Below are positions 9,765 through 19,612 of a stretch of 64,000 nt of DNA, piece by piece. Position 1 is the first letter of the stretch; each line of letters begins with the position of its first letter. The stretch is from Candidatus Algichlamydia australiensis (lineage in GTDB: Bacteria; Chlamydiota; Chlamydiia; Chlamydiales; JAJFMI01). Made by a program: the position numbers and the translations under genes. Under the pieces are notes generated by a model. That model ran no database searches, was not told the DNA's origin, and saw only the letters and a list, made by a program, of their open reading frames with translations. Location: positions 384,001 through 448,000 of the forward strand of contig JAXCHI010000003.1 in assembly GCA_033977065.1 (NCBI GenBank). Direction: 5' to 3'.

Positions 9765-11390
9765 ATGGAGCAGACTGAAGAATTCACCCCTGAACAGAGT
9801 AAAATTTTAGAGCAATACGTTTCTAATTTAGATAGTAATATTTTCGTTTTGCGGAATTTGCCTGAGGTGATTAAAGGCGCCCTTTTCTCTCGTTACTCCC
9901 GTTCTGTCTTGGGGTTGCGGTCACTTTTGTTAAAAGATTTTATTATGAATGAGGAGATGGCGTTTGACTCGATTGTCGGTGAGTCGCCGGAGACTAGTCA
10001 CGATGGTCAGTTTGTTGCGATTAAGAAGGCACAAAACTTTTATGATCGTATTCTTGATGGTTATGGTGACGATTCGATCGGTGAGCTAGGGGGAACCCAC
10101 TTGGCGATTGAAAATGTTTCCATGATTGCTGCCAAAGTGATTGAAGATTGCCGGATTGGAGGATCACCGCTTGAGAAGTCGACACGCTACATCTATTTTG
10201 ACCAAAAAGTAAACGGAAAATTCCTCTTCTATCGTGAGCCTGTGATCATGACAAGTGCCTATCGAGATCTCTATGTGGAGACGTGTGACAGGTTATTTGA
10301 AACTTATGGTCGTTTGATTCCACCTCTAACAGAAAAAATTGAAAAGACCTTCCCCAAAGATCCCGATGTTTCTAAGTTCGCTTACAATGCGGCACTACGC
10401 GCGAAGGTACTCGACTGCCTGCGCGGTCTATTACCAGCAAGTACGATGACGAACATGGGAGTCTATGGAAATGGACGTTTTTTTGAAGGGTTAATTGCAA
10501 AGCTACAGTGCTCTCCTTTAGCAGAGTTGCAAGAGTCGGGCCGCAAGAGTTACGCAGAACTTTCAAAAGTAATTCCCTCTTTTGTGCGCCGCTCTGATCC
10601 AACGCACAAGAATCAGGTCTCCTATTTTGAGTATCAGGAGCGTTTGGCAAACGAATTGAAAATCCACTCTTCACGCCTAGGGGAGCTATCTCCCATGAAG
10701 GATGCGGGTGTTCGTCTGATTGATTATGATGCCGATGCTCCTGAGAAAGTAGCTGCGGCTCTGCTCTTTTCCAATTCAAATGCTGGTTTGCATGAGTTGC
10801 AAGAGCACGCACAAAAAATGGAGCGAATTGATCGAGAAAAACTCTTCCGTTCGATCTCTTCTATCCGAGAAAATCGTCGTCACAAATCACCGCGCGCCCT
10901 TGAACATGCGACATTTACGTTTGAAATTTGCGCCGATTACGGTATCTATCGCGATTTGCAGCGTCATCGCATGCTGACACAAGAGAGGCAACTGCTTACT
11001 TGCGACTATAATTACTACACGCCAGAAGAGATTGTGGGAACCGAGATTGAAGCTGAATACCACAAGGCAATGGAAGAGGCAAAAGAGGCATTTGATACGA
11101 TGGCCAAAGCGCTTCCTGAAGAGGCGCAGTATGTTGTGCCGATGGCCTACAACATCCACTGGTACTTCAAAGTAAACTTGCGCGCTCTGCAATGGCTCTG
11201 TGAATTGCGCTCTTCACCTGCGGGACATCCGATGTATCGCTTAGTTGCTCAGGAAATGGCCAAGCAGGTCTCTCAAGTTTTTCCTGAATTTGAAACCTTT
11301 TTTGGTTTTGTCGACTATGATGGCTACCAACTTGGCAGATTGGGGCAAGAAATTCGCCTTGTTGAAAAGATGCAAGCGAGGCGACCTTGA
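9765..11390 (+). CDS. thyX: FAD-dependent thymidylate synthase, chlamydial tandem-domain form
   Basis: GALFSRYSRS, GYGDDSIGELGG, EKSTRY and DLQRHR motifs; about 540 aa. Confidence 0.9.
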   Translation: MEQTEEFTPEQSKILEQYVSNLDSNIFVLRNLPEVIKGALFSRYSRSVLGLRSLLLKDFIMNEEMAFDSIVGESPETSHDGQFVAIKKAQNFYDRILDGYGDDSIGELGGTHLAIENVSMIAAKVIEDCRIGGSPLEKSTRYIYFDQKVNGKFLFYREPVIMTSAYRDLYVETCDRLFETYGRLIPPLTEKIEKTFPKDPDVSKFAYNAALRAKVLDCLRGLLPASTMTNMGVYGNGRFFEGLIAKLQCSPLAELQESGRKSYAELSKVIPSFVRRSDPTHKNQVSYFEYQERLANELKIHSSRLGELSPMKDAGVRLIDYDADAPEKVAAALLFSNSNAGLHELQEHAQKMERIDREKLFRSISSIRENRRHKSPRALEHATFTFEICADYGIYRDLQRHRMLTQERQLLTCDYNYYTPEEIVGTEIEAEYHKAMEEAKEAFDTMAKALPEEAQYVVPMAYNIHWYFKVNLRALQWLCELRSSPAGHPMYRLVAQEMAKQVSQVFPEFETFFGFVDYDGYQLGRLGQEIRLVEKMQARRP

Positions 11391-12604
11391 AGAGGCATGG
11401 CAGCATTCTCGGTGGTATGCTCCTTACTACAGGAAGTTGTATTGGAGCGGGAATGCTGGCACTCCCGATTTTGACAGGACTGGCAGGTTTTTTGCCAACG
11501 CTGTTAATGTTTTTTTTAGCTTGGGCTTTTATGACGACAACAGCACTGCTGCTTGTTGAGGTCAACAGTTGGCATACAAAACCGGTAAACCTTCTCACAA
11601 TGGTGGGAGAGACTTTGGGAAAAGCGGGCCGCGCCTTAAGTTGGGCGCTCTATTTGCTGCTCTTCTACTCTCTTCTTGTTGCCTACATGACTTTAAGTGG
11701 TAACCATGTCCACTCTTTTTCTGACCACTTGCTCGGAATTCATATTCCCGACTACGTTGGAACTCTCTTTTTTGTTCTTCTCTTTGGGTGGCTCATCTTT
11801 TTAGGAACGCGTGCTGTCGACTACTTAAATCGTTTTTTAATGGTGGGTAAAATCGCAGCATTTCTTCTTCTGGTCATTTTGGGCGTGCGTTATATGCAAC
11901 CGCAATTGCTGCTGCAAAGCGATCTCTCTCTTGCGTTTTACTCGCTTCCCGTTTTGATCATCTCGTTTGGCTTTCACAATATGATTCCGACGCTGACAAA
12001 CTATATGAAGGGCGATGCAGTGCGCGTGAAAAAAGCCATTTTGGCTGGTTCACTATTTACCTTAGCTCTCTACTTAGTTTGGGAAATTCTGGTTTTGGGA
12101 ATTTTGACAGATGGGCAAATTATTTCTGCATTTAAAGATGATATTGATGCAGCGCAAGCGCTAAAGAATTTACTTGGTTCGTCGAGCTTTGGGTTTTCCG
12201 CACAAGCTTTGGCATTCTTTGCTGTGCTGACATCGCTTCTTGCGCAATCTCTTGGTTTATCTCATTTTATTGCCGATGGATTAAAAATTCCGCATGGCAA
12301 TCGCCGAGAAAACCCGTGGACGGCACTGCTTGCCCTCCTGCCGCCACTTATTTTTACCATGCTCTTCCCTCAACTCTTTTTTGAAGCGATCAACTTCGCT
12401 GGAGGGATTTGCGCTGTCGTGCTTTTTGGACTCTTCCCTGTGATGATGGTCTGGATTGGGCGCTACCGTCAAAATAAAGAGGGGAGTTATCGTCACATAG
12501 CAGGTAAACCCCTTCTTGCGCTGATCTTTCTCTTTGCCCTCTTTATCTTCTTCTATCAATTGAGCCAGATGATCGGGCTCCAAATTTTCCCAAAGCCCGC
12601 CTAA
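11387..12604 (+). CDS. tyrP: Tyrosine/tryptophan (HAAAP) permease
   Basis: GSCIGAGMLALP and SFGFHNMIPTL motifs; multiple TM segments. Confidence 0.85.
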   Translation: MKRHGSILGGMLLTTGSCIGAGMLALPILTGLAGFLPTLLMFFLAWAFMTTTALLLVEVNSWHTKPVNLLTMVGETLGKAGRALSWALYLLLFYSLLVAYMTLSGNHVHSFSDHLLGIHIPDYVGTLFFVLLFGWLIFLGTRAVDYLNRFLMVGKIAAFLLLVILGVRYMQPQLLLQSDLSLAFYSLPVLIISFGFHNMIPTLTNYMKGDAVRVKKAILAGSLFTLALYLVWEILVLGILTDGQIISAFKDDIDAAQALKNLLGSSSFGFSAQALAFFAVLTSLLAQSLGLSHFIADGLKIPHGNRRENPWTALLALLPPLIFTMLFPQLFFEAINFAGGICAVVLFGLFPVMMVWIGRYRQNKEGSYRHIAGKPLLALIFLFALFIFFYQLSQMIGLQIFPKPA

Positions 12605-13827
12605 TGACACTAAAAGTAAACCATTTCTTAGGAGGGATCTTTCTAGTTGCAGGCACAACGATTGGAGCAGGGATGTTAGGTGGTCCTCTGACGACAGGAT
12701 TTTCAGGATTTATTCCTTCGATGGTCTATTTTTTAGTCTGTTGGACGGTCATGCTTATCTCAGCCTTCTGCTTTCTCGATGTGAATCTAGCTGTGCGTGG
12801 TGAACCTAACATGATCTCTATGGCAGAGAGGACATTAGGCACTTGGGGAAAAGTCGCAAGCTGGATCGTCTATCTCCTCCTTCTCTACTCTCTTTTAGCT
12901 GCCTACATTTTAGTCAGCGGTCCTCTTTTCGAGGGTGCCTACACTTACTTAACAGGCAGCGATCTGCCGCAATGGATTGGCCCCTTTTTACTCCCTCTTA
13001 TTTTTGGAGGATTTATCTACTTTGGCACTTTTGGTGTTGATCTCATCAACCGCCTTGTCATGTGCGGGTTGTTGATCAGTTTTTTTCTCCTTATCGGCGC
13101 TCTTCCCGAGCATATCGAGCCAAAGCTTCTCACTCATTTTGACTGGAGGCCGATGCCAATTGCCCTTCCTCTGATATTAACAGCGTTTGGTTACCACATT
13201 ATTATTCCCAGTTTGACCACCTACATGAATCACGATCGCAAACATTTGGTTTATACAATTGTAGTGGGTAGCCTCCTCTCATTGCTCACCTACACTATCT
13301 GGCAATTTTGCGCGCTGGGAGTCGTACCCCTGATAGGAAGTTCAAGTATTGCAGAAGCGTATAGCAAAGGGACCTCTATTACGCAGGTGATGGCGGTGAT
13401 TATCCAAAACAGGTGGGTTGTGATCTTTGCCCTTTTCTTCTCTTTCTTTGCGATTGTCTCGTCATTCCTTGGGGTCTCTTTGAGCCTTTCGGATTTTCTT
13501 ACAGATGGCTTTAAAATTAAAAAGAGTTGGGAGGGAAAATTGTTTGCGATTGCACTGACTTTTCTGCCCCCTCTCTTCTTTGTATTTAGCTACCGTGAAG
13601 GATTTGTTTTAGCGCTTGAATACGCTGGTGCTTTCGTTGCTATTCTGCTCATCTTTTTACCAGCTGCCATGGCGTGGACTCTAAAAACCCCCAAGTTCTA
13701 TCGCAGTTTATGGGGGAGAGTGATGCTGGCTTCCATTAGTCTTTTCGCCCTAATAATTACGATTTTTGTTATTATGGATCGTCTTGGAATGTTCAGGGAT
13801 GCAATCAGCCAATATGTTTCAACTTAA
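12604..13827 (+). CDS. tyrP: Tyrosine/tryptophan (HAAAP) permease, second paralog
   Basis: GTTIGAGMLG and AFGYHIIIPSL motifs; multiple TM segments. Confidence 0.85.
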   Translation: MTLKVNHFLGGIFLVAGTTIGAGMLGGPLTTGFSGFIPSMVYFLVCWTVMLISAFCFLDVNLAVRGEPNMISMAERTLGTWGKVASWIVYLLLLYSLLAAYILVSGPLFEGAYTYLTGSDLPQWIGPFLLPLIFGGFIYFGTFGVDLINRLVMCGLLISFFLLIGALPEHIEPKLLTHFDWRPMPIALPLILTAFGYHIIIPSLTTYMNHDRKHLVYTIVVGSLLSLLTYTIWQFCALGVVPLIGSSSIAEAYSKGTSITQVMAVIIQNRWVVIFALFFSFFAIVSSFLGVSLSLSDFLTDGFKIKKSWEGKLFAIALTFLPPLFFVFSYREGFVLALEYAGAFVAILLIFLPAAMAWTLKTPKFYRSLWGRVMLASISLFALIITIFVIMDRLGMFRDAISQYVST

Positions 13828-15805
13828 TACTAAGTACCAGCCCAAAGGAGATCAGCCCAAAGCGATCAAGCGCCTTGCAGAAGGGGTAAAGGAGGGCAAA
13901 AAGAGCCAGGTACTTCTCGGTGTTACAGGTTCTGGAAAGACCTTTACAATGGCCAATATTGTGGCCGAGGTACAAAAACCAACCCTCGTTCTTGCTCACA
14001 ATAAAACATTAGCAGCGCAACTCTTTCAGGAGTTTAAAGGATTTTTTCCCAATAACGCTGTTGAGTACTTCGTCTCTTACTACGACTACTACCAACCCGA
14101 AGCCTACATCGCGCGTACCGACACATTTATTGAAAAAGATTTGGCGATCAACGATACCATCGACAAAATGCGCCTCTCTGCTACACGCTCCCTCATCGAG
14201 CGGCGAGATGTCTTGATTGTCTCTTCCGTGAGCTGCATCTACGGTTTGGGAATGCCAGAATTTTATTGCAAAATGGCCCTCACGATCGAAACAGGCAAAG
14301 AGTTTAGACGCGATGATCTACTTCTCCATCTTGTAGAGATGCGCTATGAGCGAAACGACTACGAACTCTCCCGCGGAAAGTTTCGTGTGCGAGGCGATGT
14401 GATTGAACTTGTGCCTGCGTACGAAGAAGATGTTGCCTATCGCATCGAATTTTTTGATGAACTTTGCGAGCGCATCTCCGATATCGATCCCCTCACAGGC
14501 AAAGTTCTTTCTCGTCGCGAAAGAGTAACCATTTTTCCCGGCTCCCACCACGTGACTCCTGAAGAAGTGCGTGAACAAGCATTAGAAACCATCTCGCAAG
14601 AGCTTGTGTTGCGGGCAAATCATTTTGAAGCCAACAAACAATTTTTAGAGCACCAGCGTATCTTAGAGCGCACTAAACACGACTTAGAGATGATCAAAGA
14701 AGTGGGGTATTGCAAAGGTGTGGAAAACTACTCACGCCATTTTAGCGGTCGCAATGCTGGTGATCCACCTCCTTGCCTCCTTGACTATTTTCCCGATGAC
14801 TTTCTCCTCTTTGCCGATGAGTCGCACCAATCCCTACCGCAAGTGCGCGCCATGTACAACGGTGACCGCGCTCGCAAAGAATCCCTAATTGAATTTGGCT
14901 TTCGTCTCCCATCAGCCTTTGACAACCGCCCCCTTAAATTTGAAGAATTTTATTCACGACTTAAGCAAGTCGTTTACGTATCAGCAACACCCAGTCCTTG
15001 GGAAGTGGAAGAGGCGGGTGGTGAGATTGTCGAACAAATCATCCGCCCCACAGGTCTTCTTGACCCACTAATTGAAGTGCGTCCTGCAGCTGACCAAGTT
15101 GATGACTCATTAGAAGAGATCCAAAAAGAGGTAGAAAATGGCCACCGCGTACTCGTCACTACCCTGACAAAAAAACTTGCCGAAGACCTCACCAAATACT
15201 TAACTGAAATCGGCATCAAAGCGCGCTATCTCCACTCCGATATCGATACGTTAGAGCGTGTGCAAATCATCAAGGAGCTCCGTGAAGGCCTCTTTGATGT
15301 CCTCGTTGGTATCAACCTTCTCCGTGAAGGCCTAGACATTCCTGAAGTAACTCTTGTTGCGATACTCGACGCAGATAAAGAGGGTTTTTTACGCTCCGAA
15401 ACCGCCCTCATCCAGACCTGTGGTCGTGCGGCGCGCAACGCAAAAGGGCGCGTAATCATGTACGCCGACAAAGAGACAAAAAGTATAGAAGGAACGATTC
15501 GCATCACAAAAGAGCGGCGCGCTCTGCAGGAAGCGTACAACGCCAAACACAACATCACCCCCAAAACAATTACCAAAGCAGACGCTGCAGATCTGGTTGA
15601 AACCTTTACAGGTGCCAAATTAGAAGAGGCGAAATCGCTCCACGAGAAATCTCTAGATCCAGAAGATCTTGCACGCAAACTTGCTGACTGTGAAAAACTT
15701 ATGTTGAAAGCGGCCAAAGAGCAGCAATATGAAGAGGCTGCCCGCTATCGCGACCTAGTCAAATTCTACAAAGAACTCTCTTTGTTAGAGGATCATCCCC
15801 ATTAA
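13814..15805 (+). CDS. uvrB: Excinuclease ABC subunit B
   Basis: GVTGSGKT, FVSYYDYYQPEAY, DESH, GINLLREGLD and QTCGRAARN motifs; C-terminal UVR domain. Confidence 0.97.
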   Translation: MFQLNTKYQPKGDQPKAIKRLAEGVKEGKKSQVLLGVTGSGKTFTMANIVAEVQKPTLVLAHNKTLAAQLFQEFKGFFPNNAVEYFVSYYDYYQPEAYIARTDTFIEKDLAINDTIDKMRLSATRSLIERRDVLIVSSVSCIYGLGMPEFYCKMALTIETGKEFRRDDLLLHLVEMRYERNDYELSRGKFRVRGDVIELVPAYEEDVAYRIEFFDELCERISDIDPLTGKVLSRRERVTIFPGSHHVTPEEVREQALETISQELVLRANHFEANKQFLEHQRILERTKHDLEMIKEVGYCKGVENYSRHFSGRNAGDPPPCLLDYFPDDFLLFADESHQSLPQVRAMYNGDRARKESLIEFGFRLPSAFDNRPLKFEEFYSRLKQVVYVSATPSPWEVEEAGGEIVEQIIRPTGLLDPLIEVRPAADQVDDSLEEIQKEVENGHRVLVTTLTKKLAEDLTKYLTEIGIKARYLHSDIDTLERVQIIKELREGLFDVLVGINLLREGLDIPEVTLVAILDADKEGFLRSETALIQTCGRAARNAKGRVIMYADKETKSIEGTIRITKERRALQEAYNAKHNITPKTITKADAADLVETFTGAKLEEAKSLHEKSLDPEDLARKLADCEKLMLKAAKEQQYEEAARYRDLVKFYKELSLLEDHPH

Positions 15806-15831
15806 TTTATTCGGCTCCTTCTCGCTGCACC

Positions 15832-15893
15832 AAATCGTAATTCAGCCGCCAAGCCGTGTTATTTACACTGTCATGGCGGCTGAATTACGATTT
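15832..15893. repeat. Long hairpin / palindromic element downstream of uvrB
   Basis: 20-bp perfect IR AAATCGTAATTCAGCCGCCA / TGGCGGCTGAATTACGATTT, with imperfect extension outward. Confidence 0.75.
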
Positions 15894-16045
15894 TGCTTTG
15901 CGATAAGAACCCGTTAAGCCGCTTCGCGCTGTTGGAAGTTCTTCGAATATCTTATAGCGTTGGCGCTATAGTTTATGTCAGATTTTATGTCTCATATGCA
16001 TAAAATCTATTGAATTATATAGCGCGTGTGCTATAATAAATATAT

Positions 16046-16507
16046 ATGGATAAAAAGATGACAACAGAAAAGCTTCTTGTTGAAGAGGTTGCGTCTGCAT
16101 CGCGGGAAGTGCGTTCGGCTACAAGGGGCTTACACATAGGTGATTTGATTAGAACCATTCGTAAACAGTTGGGTATGTCCCAACTGGTGTTAGCTAAACG
16201 TGCGGGAGTTCCTCAATCAACGATTTCCCGGATCGAAAGTGGAGAGAGAGATATGAATTTATCGACTCTTCAAAAAATTCTTTCAGCGATTTCTTGTGAT
16301 CTCATCTTGGCTCCTCTTCTTAAAAGTTCTATTGATGATATGCGTCGCAAGCGAGCAAGAAAAGTTGCGAAAAAACGCATGCAGTACCTTGAAGGTACGA
16401 TGAACTTAGAAGAGCAGCAACCTGATCCACGATTTATGGAAATGCTTTTGAAAGAAGAAGAAGAACATCTATTGCAAGGTCCTGGTTCAAAATTATGGGA
16501 AGAATAG
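16046..16507 (+). CDS. XRE-type HTH protein (mobile mystery protein A-like)
   Basis: IRKQLGMSQLVLAKRAGVPQSTISRIE HTH; TMNLEEQ and KLWEE C-terminal motifs. Confidence 0.85.
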   Translation: MDKKMTTEKLLVEEVASASREVRSATRGLHIGDLIRTIRKQLGMSQLVLAKRAGVPQSTISRIESGERDMNLSTLQKILSAISCDLILAPLLKSSIDDMRRKRARKVAKKRMQYLEGTMNLEEQQPDPRFMEMLLKEEEEHLLQGPGSKLWEE

Positions 16508-16514
16508 AAGGCGC

Positions 16515-17144
16515 ATGAAAAAGAAGTTTGCTTTTCCAAAGAATGCTACGCCTTTGAATGATTGTAGTGGCTTGATTCCAAATTGGATTCACACTTTAAA
16601 CGACCTGAATAGAGCTGAAGCAAACAATATTCTCCTTGCTCAAAGAAAATATTTGCGAGGTAAAATCAAACATCCAAAAATATGGTTTCACCCGAAAGAG
16701 TTGAAAAATATTCATAAAGCGATGTTTGGCTCTGTTTGGAGTTGGGCTGGCATATATAGAAAATCAGTCACTTCGATAGGGATAAAACCCAGCTTAATTG
16801 CATATAACTTAGCTAAATTTTGTTTAGAAGTATCTTCATGGTTTGAAGAGGATATTGAGCTTTCTATAATTGAAAAAACAGCGAGAGTGCACCACCAGCT
16901 TGTTTTTATTCATCCATTTGAAAATGGAAATGGTCGCTTCTCGCGTTTTATCGCCGATCGTTTTCTGCTTTCTTTCCAAGGCGCTTATCCGATTTGGCCT
17001 AGATATTTAAATCAGGATTCTGAAGATCGAAAAGAGTATATTCGAGCTCTACAGGAAGCAGATCAGGGAGTTTATACGCTTTTGATCAATTTCATGAAAA
17101 AACATGGAGCGTGTGAACCAAATACAAAATCAATCGTGGGGTGA
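16515..17144 (+). CDS. Fic-domain protein (mobile mystery protein B-like)
   Basis: Canonical Fic motif HPFENGNGRFSR; N-term ATPL...GLIP; MFGSVWSWAG. Confidence 0.88.
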   Translation: MKKKFAFPKNATPLNDCSGLIPNWIHTLNDLNRAEANNILLAQRKYLRGKIKHPKIWFHPKELKNIHKAMFGSVWSWAGIYRKSVTSIGIKPSLIAYNLAKFCLEVSSWFEEDIELSIIEKTARVHHQLVFIHPFENGNGRFSRFIADRFLLSFQGAYPIWPRYLNQDSEDRKEYIRALQEADQGVYTLLINFMKKHGACEPNTKSIVG

Positions 17145-17230
17145 GGAGAGGAGGTTTTCAGTAGACTCTATCCAAAGCTTTACATTCTTTTTATTCTTTA
17201 ATACAATCCTCCTCAAAAAAGGAGGAGGCA

Positions 17231-18067
17231 ATGTTGCTCACAGCTATTTTATCCCTGGGAACGGCTTTTGTAAACTTACCTACTTTGACACCCGAAACAC
17301 TGCACGATAAAAATGCTGTTTTGGAGGTTGCGCGTGAGGGGGTTTTTTACTACCCCATCCCCGATGAGTGGAGAGCTGATATTGAGAAGGCATTACTATT
17401 CTGTTACCGCTTTCCTCAAGATTCTGAATTGAAAAACTTTTCTGATGGTCATTTTGGTGGTTACCACAACCGTGAAAACTACCAAGTTGAGTCCTTTTAT
17501 GTCGAAAAAAAAGAGTGGAATAAAGTCCTTCCTTTTTCAATTGTTCGTCTTGCGAACCATATGGATTTTTTGGCAAAAACAATCTTGAAAAATGTTTTAG
17601 AGTTTGCCGATTTTCCTAAGCCATTTTGGCATAAGGGAACAGGAAATGTTTCCAATTGTGGTGGACAAAATCACTTTTCTTTCAATCATTACTGTAGTGA
17701 AGTTCAAGCCACTGGAATGAACGCACATCGCGATTTTGGTTATGTGAGCATCTTGTTTTTTGATCAGAATGGCCCAGAAGTTTTTTACAAGAATGAGTGG
17801 AAAGAAGTGGCGCCGAAGAATGGGTATTTCGTCATATTTTTGGGCCGCGCCCTTGAAACGTTGGTTAATGATGATCAAGTGGTAAGAGGGGTTTGGCATC
17901 GCGTTCCACAAGTAGCAAAGGAGAGGGGCTCAGTTCTCTTCACCTGCGACAATGATCGCGACTCTTCTGTTTATCAACTAAATCGAAAAAAAGAATCTCT
18001 AGAAGTGATTCACTCGAACTATCAAGAGTATTTAAAAGAGTGTTTTGCCGAAGTGCATGTCGAATAG
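17231..18067 (+). CDS. 2-oxoglutarate/Fe(II) dioxygenase (IPNS-like family)
   Basis: HxD (AHRDFG), distal His (WHRV) and RxS (ERGS); SD GGAGG upstream; hydrophobic N-terminus. Confidence 0.8.
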   Translation: MLLTAILSLGTAFVNLPTLTPETLHDKNAVLEVAREGVFYYPIPDEWRADIEKALLFCYRFPQDSELKNFSDGHFGGYHNRENYQVESFYVEKKEWNKVLPFSIVRLANHMDFLAKTILKNVLEFADFPKPFWHKGTGNVSNCGGQNHFSFNHYCSEVQATGMNAHRDFGYVSILFFDQNGPEVFYKNEWKEVAPKNGYFVIFLGRALETLVNDDQVVRGVWHRVPQVAKERGSVLFTCDNDRDSSVYQLNRKKESLEVIHSNYQEYLKECFAEVHVE

Positions 18068-18126
18068 AGCTCTACAGCGATGGTGAGCTGGATTTTCGCA
18101 TTTAGTCTTTCAGCGGATCCCATGGC

Positions 18127-19455
18127 TCAAGACCTTCTGTTAAGGGAGCAATTTTGGCATAGAGATCGGAGTTTTTCTATTAGGTAAATTGGACAATTAA
18201 GAATATTCCCATCTTTTTTTAAATTCATGGGAGAGCAGCGAATGAGCATTTGAGGGTGGTACTTAACTTCATAGACTTTAAGACTCTTTTTTTTCGACGA
18301 ACTTCCAGATTTCACTTCTAAAGGATAAATTTTGTCGTCATCTTCTAATATAAAGTCAATTTCTGCTTTCCCGGCGCTTGTCCAGTAATAGAGTTGATAA
18401 TGATTATGAGTTAACTCTTGTGCGATATAGTTTTCAGTGATTGCTCCCTTAAATTCTTGAAAAAGGTTGTTCTCATGAAGGATTACTTTTGGTGATAGGT
18501 TGGTCATTGCTCCTAGGAGGCCTACATCCACAAGGTAGATCTTAAAGGCATTCATATCTGCGTAAGCTGAAAGAGGATTTTTGGGAGCGCTGATGAGCCG
18601 AACTTTATGAATGAGGCCAGCTTCAATCAACCACTGCAAAGCTACTTCAAATTCTTTAGCTCGTGCTCCTTTCCGAATAGCGGAATAGATGAATTTTTTG
18701 TTTTCTTTAGCTAATTGGTTTGGAATAGAGTCCCACGCTTGATTAATTCGCATAATATGCTCGTCTGGAGCATGTTTTGCAAAATCTAGTTTGTATGCGT
18801 TTAAAATTGCATGGTGAATTTCTCGAACTTTTAAGATGTTTTGCGATGAAATGTATTCGAAAACAGCTTCGGGCATTCCTCCTACAAACAGATACTCTTT
18901 AAAATATTGCAATAGTTTTTCGTGCAAATTAGGAGGGAGGGGATCTACATTTTTTAATTCTTCAATGAACTTTTTTAATTTAAGCTCGTTTAAAGCTTCA
19001 AGAAATTCTAGGAAACAGAGAGGGTAGAGGGTTAAGAACTCTACCTTCCCAACAGGGAAGCCTTTGGTATGTGCTAATGTTACTCCTAATAAAGATCCAG
19101 CGGCTACAATATGATGTTCAGATGCAGACTCACAGAAATATTTGAGACTATTTAATGCGTTGGGACACTCTTGTATTTCGTCAAAAATAATTAGAGTTTT
19201 ACCTGCAACGACTTCAGTATCCATCTCAATGGATAACGCTTTTATGATTTTCTCCGGGCTGAGACCTGCATCGAAAAGTTTACAAAGTGAAGGGGTGTCT
19301 TCAAAATTGAGGTAAACCGTGCTGTCATACTCGCTCTGGCCAAACTTTTTTAGTACAAAAGTTTTTCCTACCTGCCTCGCTCCCATGAGAAGCAGGGGTT
19401 TCTTGTCGGCTCTTGACTTCCAAGAGTGTAATTTTCTCATTATTTTACGCTTCAT
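18127..19455 (-). CDS. AAA ATPase with DUF4143/PD-(D/E)XK-like C-terminus
   Basis: Walker A GARQVGKT, Walker B IFDEIQ, GGMPE, C-terminal EIDF...PLEVKS; start moved to ATG 19455. Confidence 0.88.
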   Translation of the reverse strand: MKRKIMRKLHSWKSRADKKPLLLMGARQVGKTFVLKKFGQSEYDSTVYLNFEDTPSLCKLFDAGLSPEKIIKALSIEMDTEVVAGKTLIIFDEIQECPNALNSLKYFCESASEHHIVAAGSLLGVTLAHTKGFPVGKVEFLTLYPLCFLEFLEALNELKLKKFIEELKNVDPLPPNLHEKLLQYFKEYLFVGGMPEAVFEYISSQNILKVREIHHAILNAYKLDFAKHAPDEHIMRINQAWDSIPNQLAKENKKFIYSAIRKGARAKEFEVALQWLIEAGLIHKVRLISAPKNPLSAYADMNAFKIYLVDVGLLGAMTNLSPKVILHENNLFQEFKGAITENYIAQELTHNHYQLYYWTSAGKAEIDFILEDDDKIYPLEVKSGSSSKKKSLKVYEVKYHPQMLIRCSPMNLKKDGNILNCPIYLIEKLRSLCQNCSLNRRS

Positions 19456-19474
19456 AAATTTATAATACCTAATT

Positions 19475-19569
19475 TTTACATTTATTGGTTCCAAAAAGTG
19501 TAAAAATTTACACTTATTTGTTCCAAAAAATGCAATTATCGACACTTTTTGGAACCAATAAATGTGAAA
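19475..19569. promoter_or_regulatory. Triple operator-like repeat upstream of the AAA-DUF4143 gene
   Basis: ACATTTATTGGTTCCAAAAAGTGT (19478-19501), a degenerate direct copy (19507-19533), and a perfect 24-bp inverted copy (19542-19565). Confidence 0.65.
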
Positions 19570-19612
19570 TAAATTCTAAAAATCTGAATTAGAATGATTT
19601 AAAGAATATGGT

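Noticed and set aside
15940..15952. TCTTCGAATATC occurs before both the HTH-Fic islet and the ATPase gene (about 49994)
   Set aside because: A 12-bp match seen twice in 64 kb of AT-rich DNA is too weak to call an att site without genome-wide data
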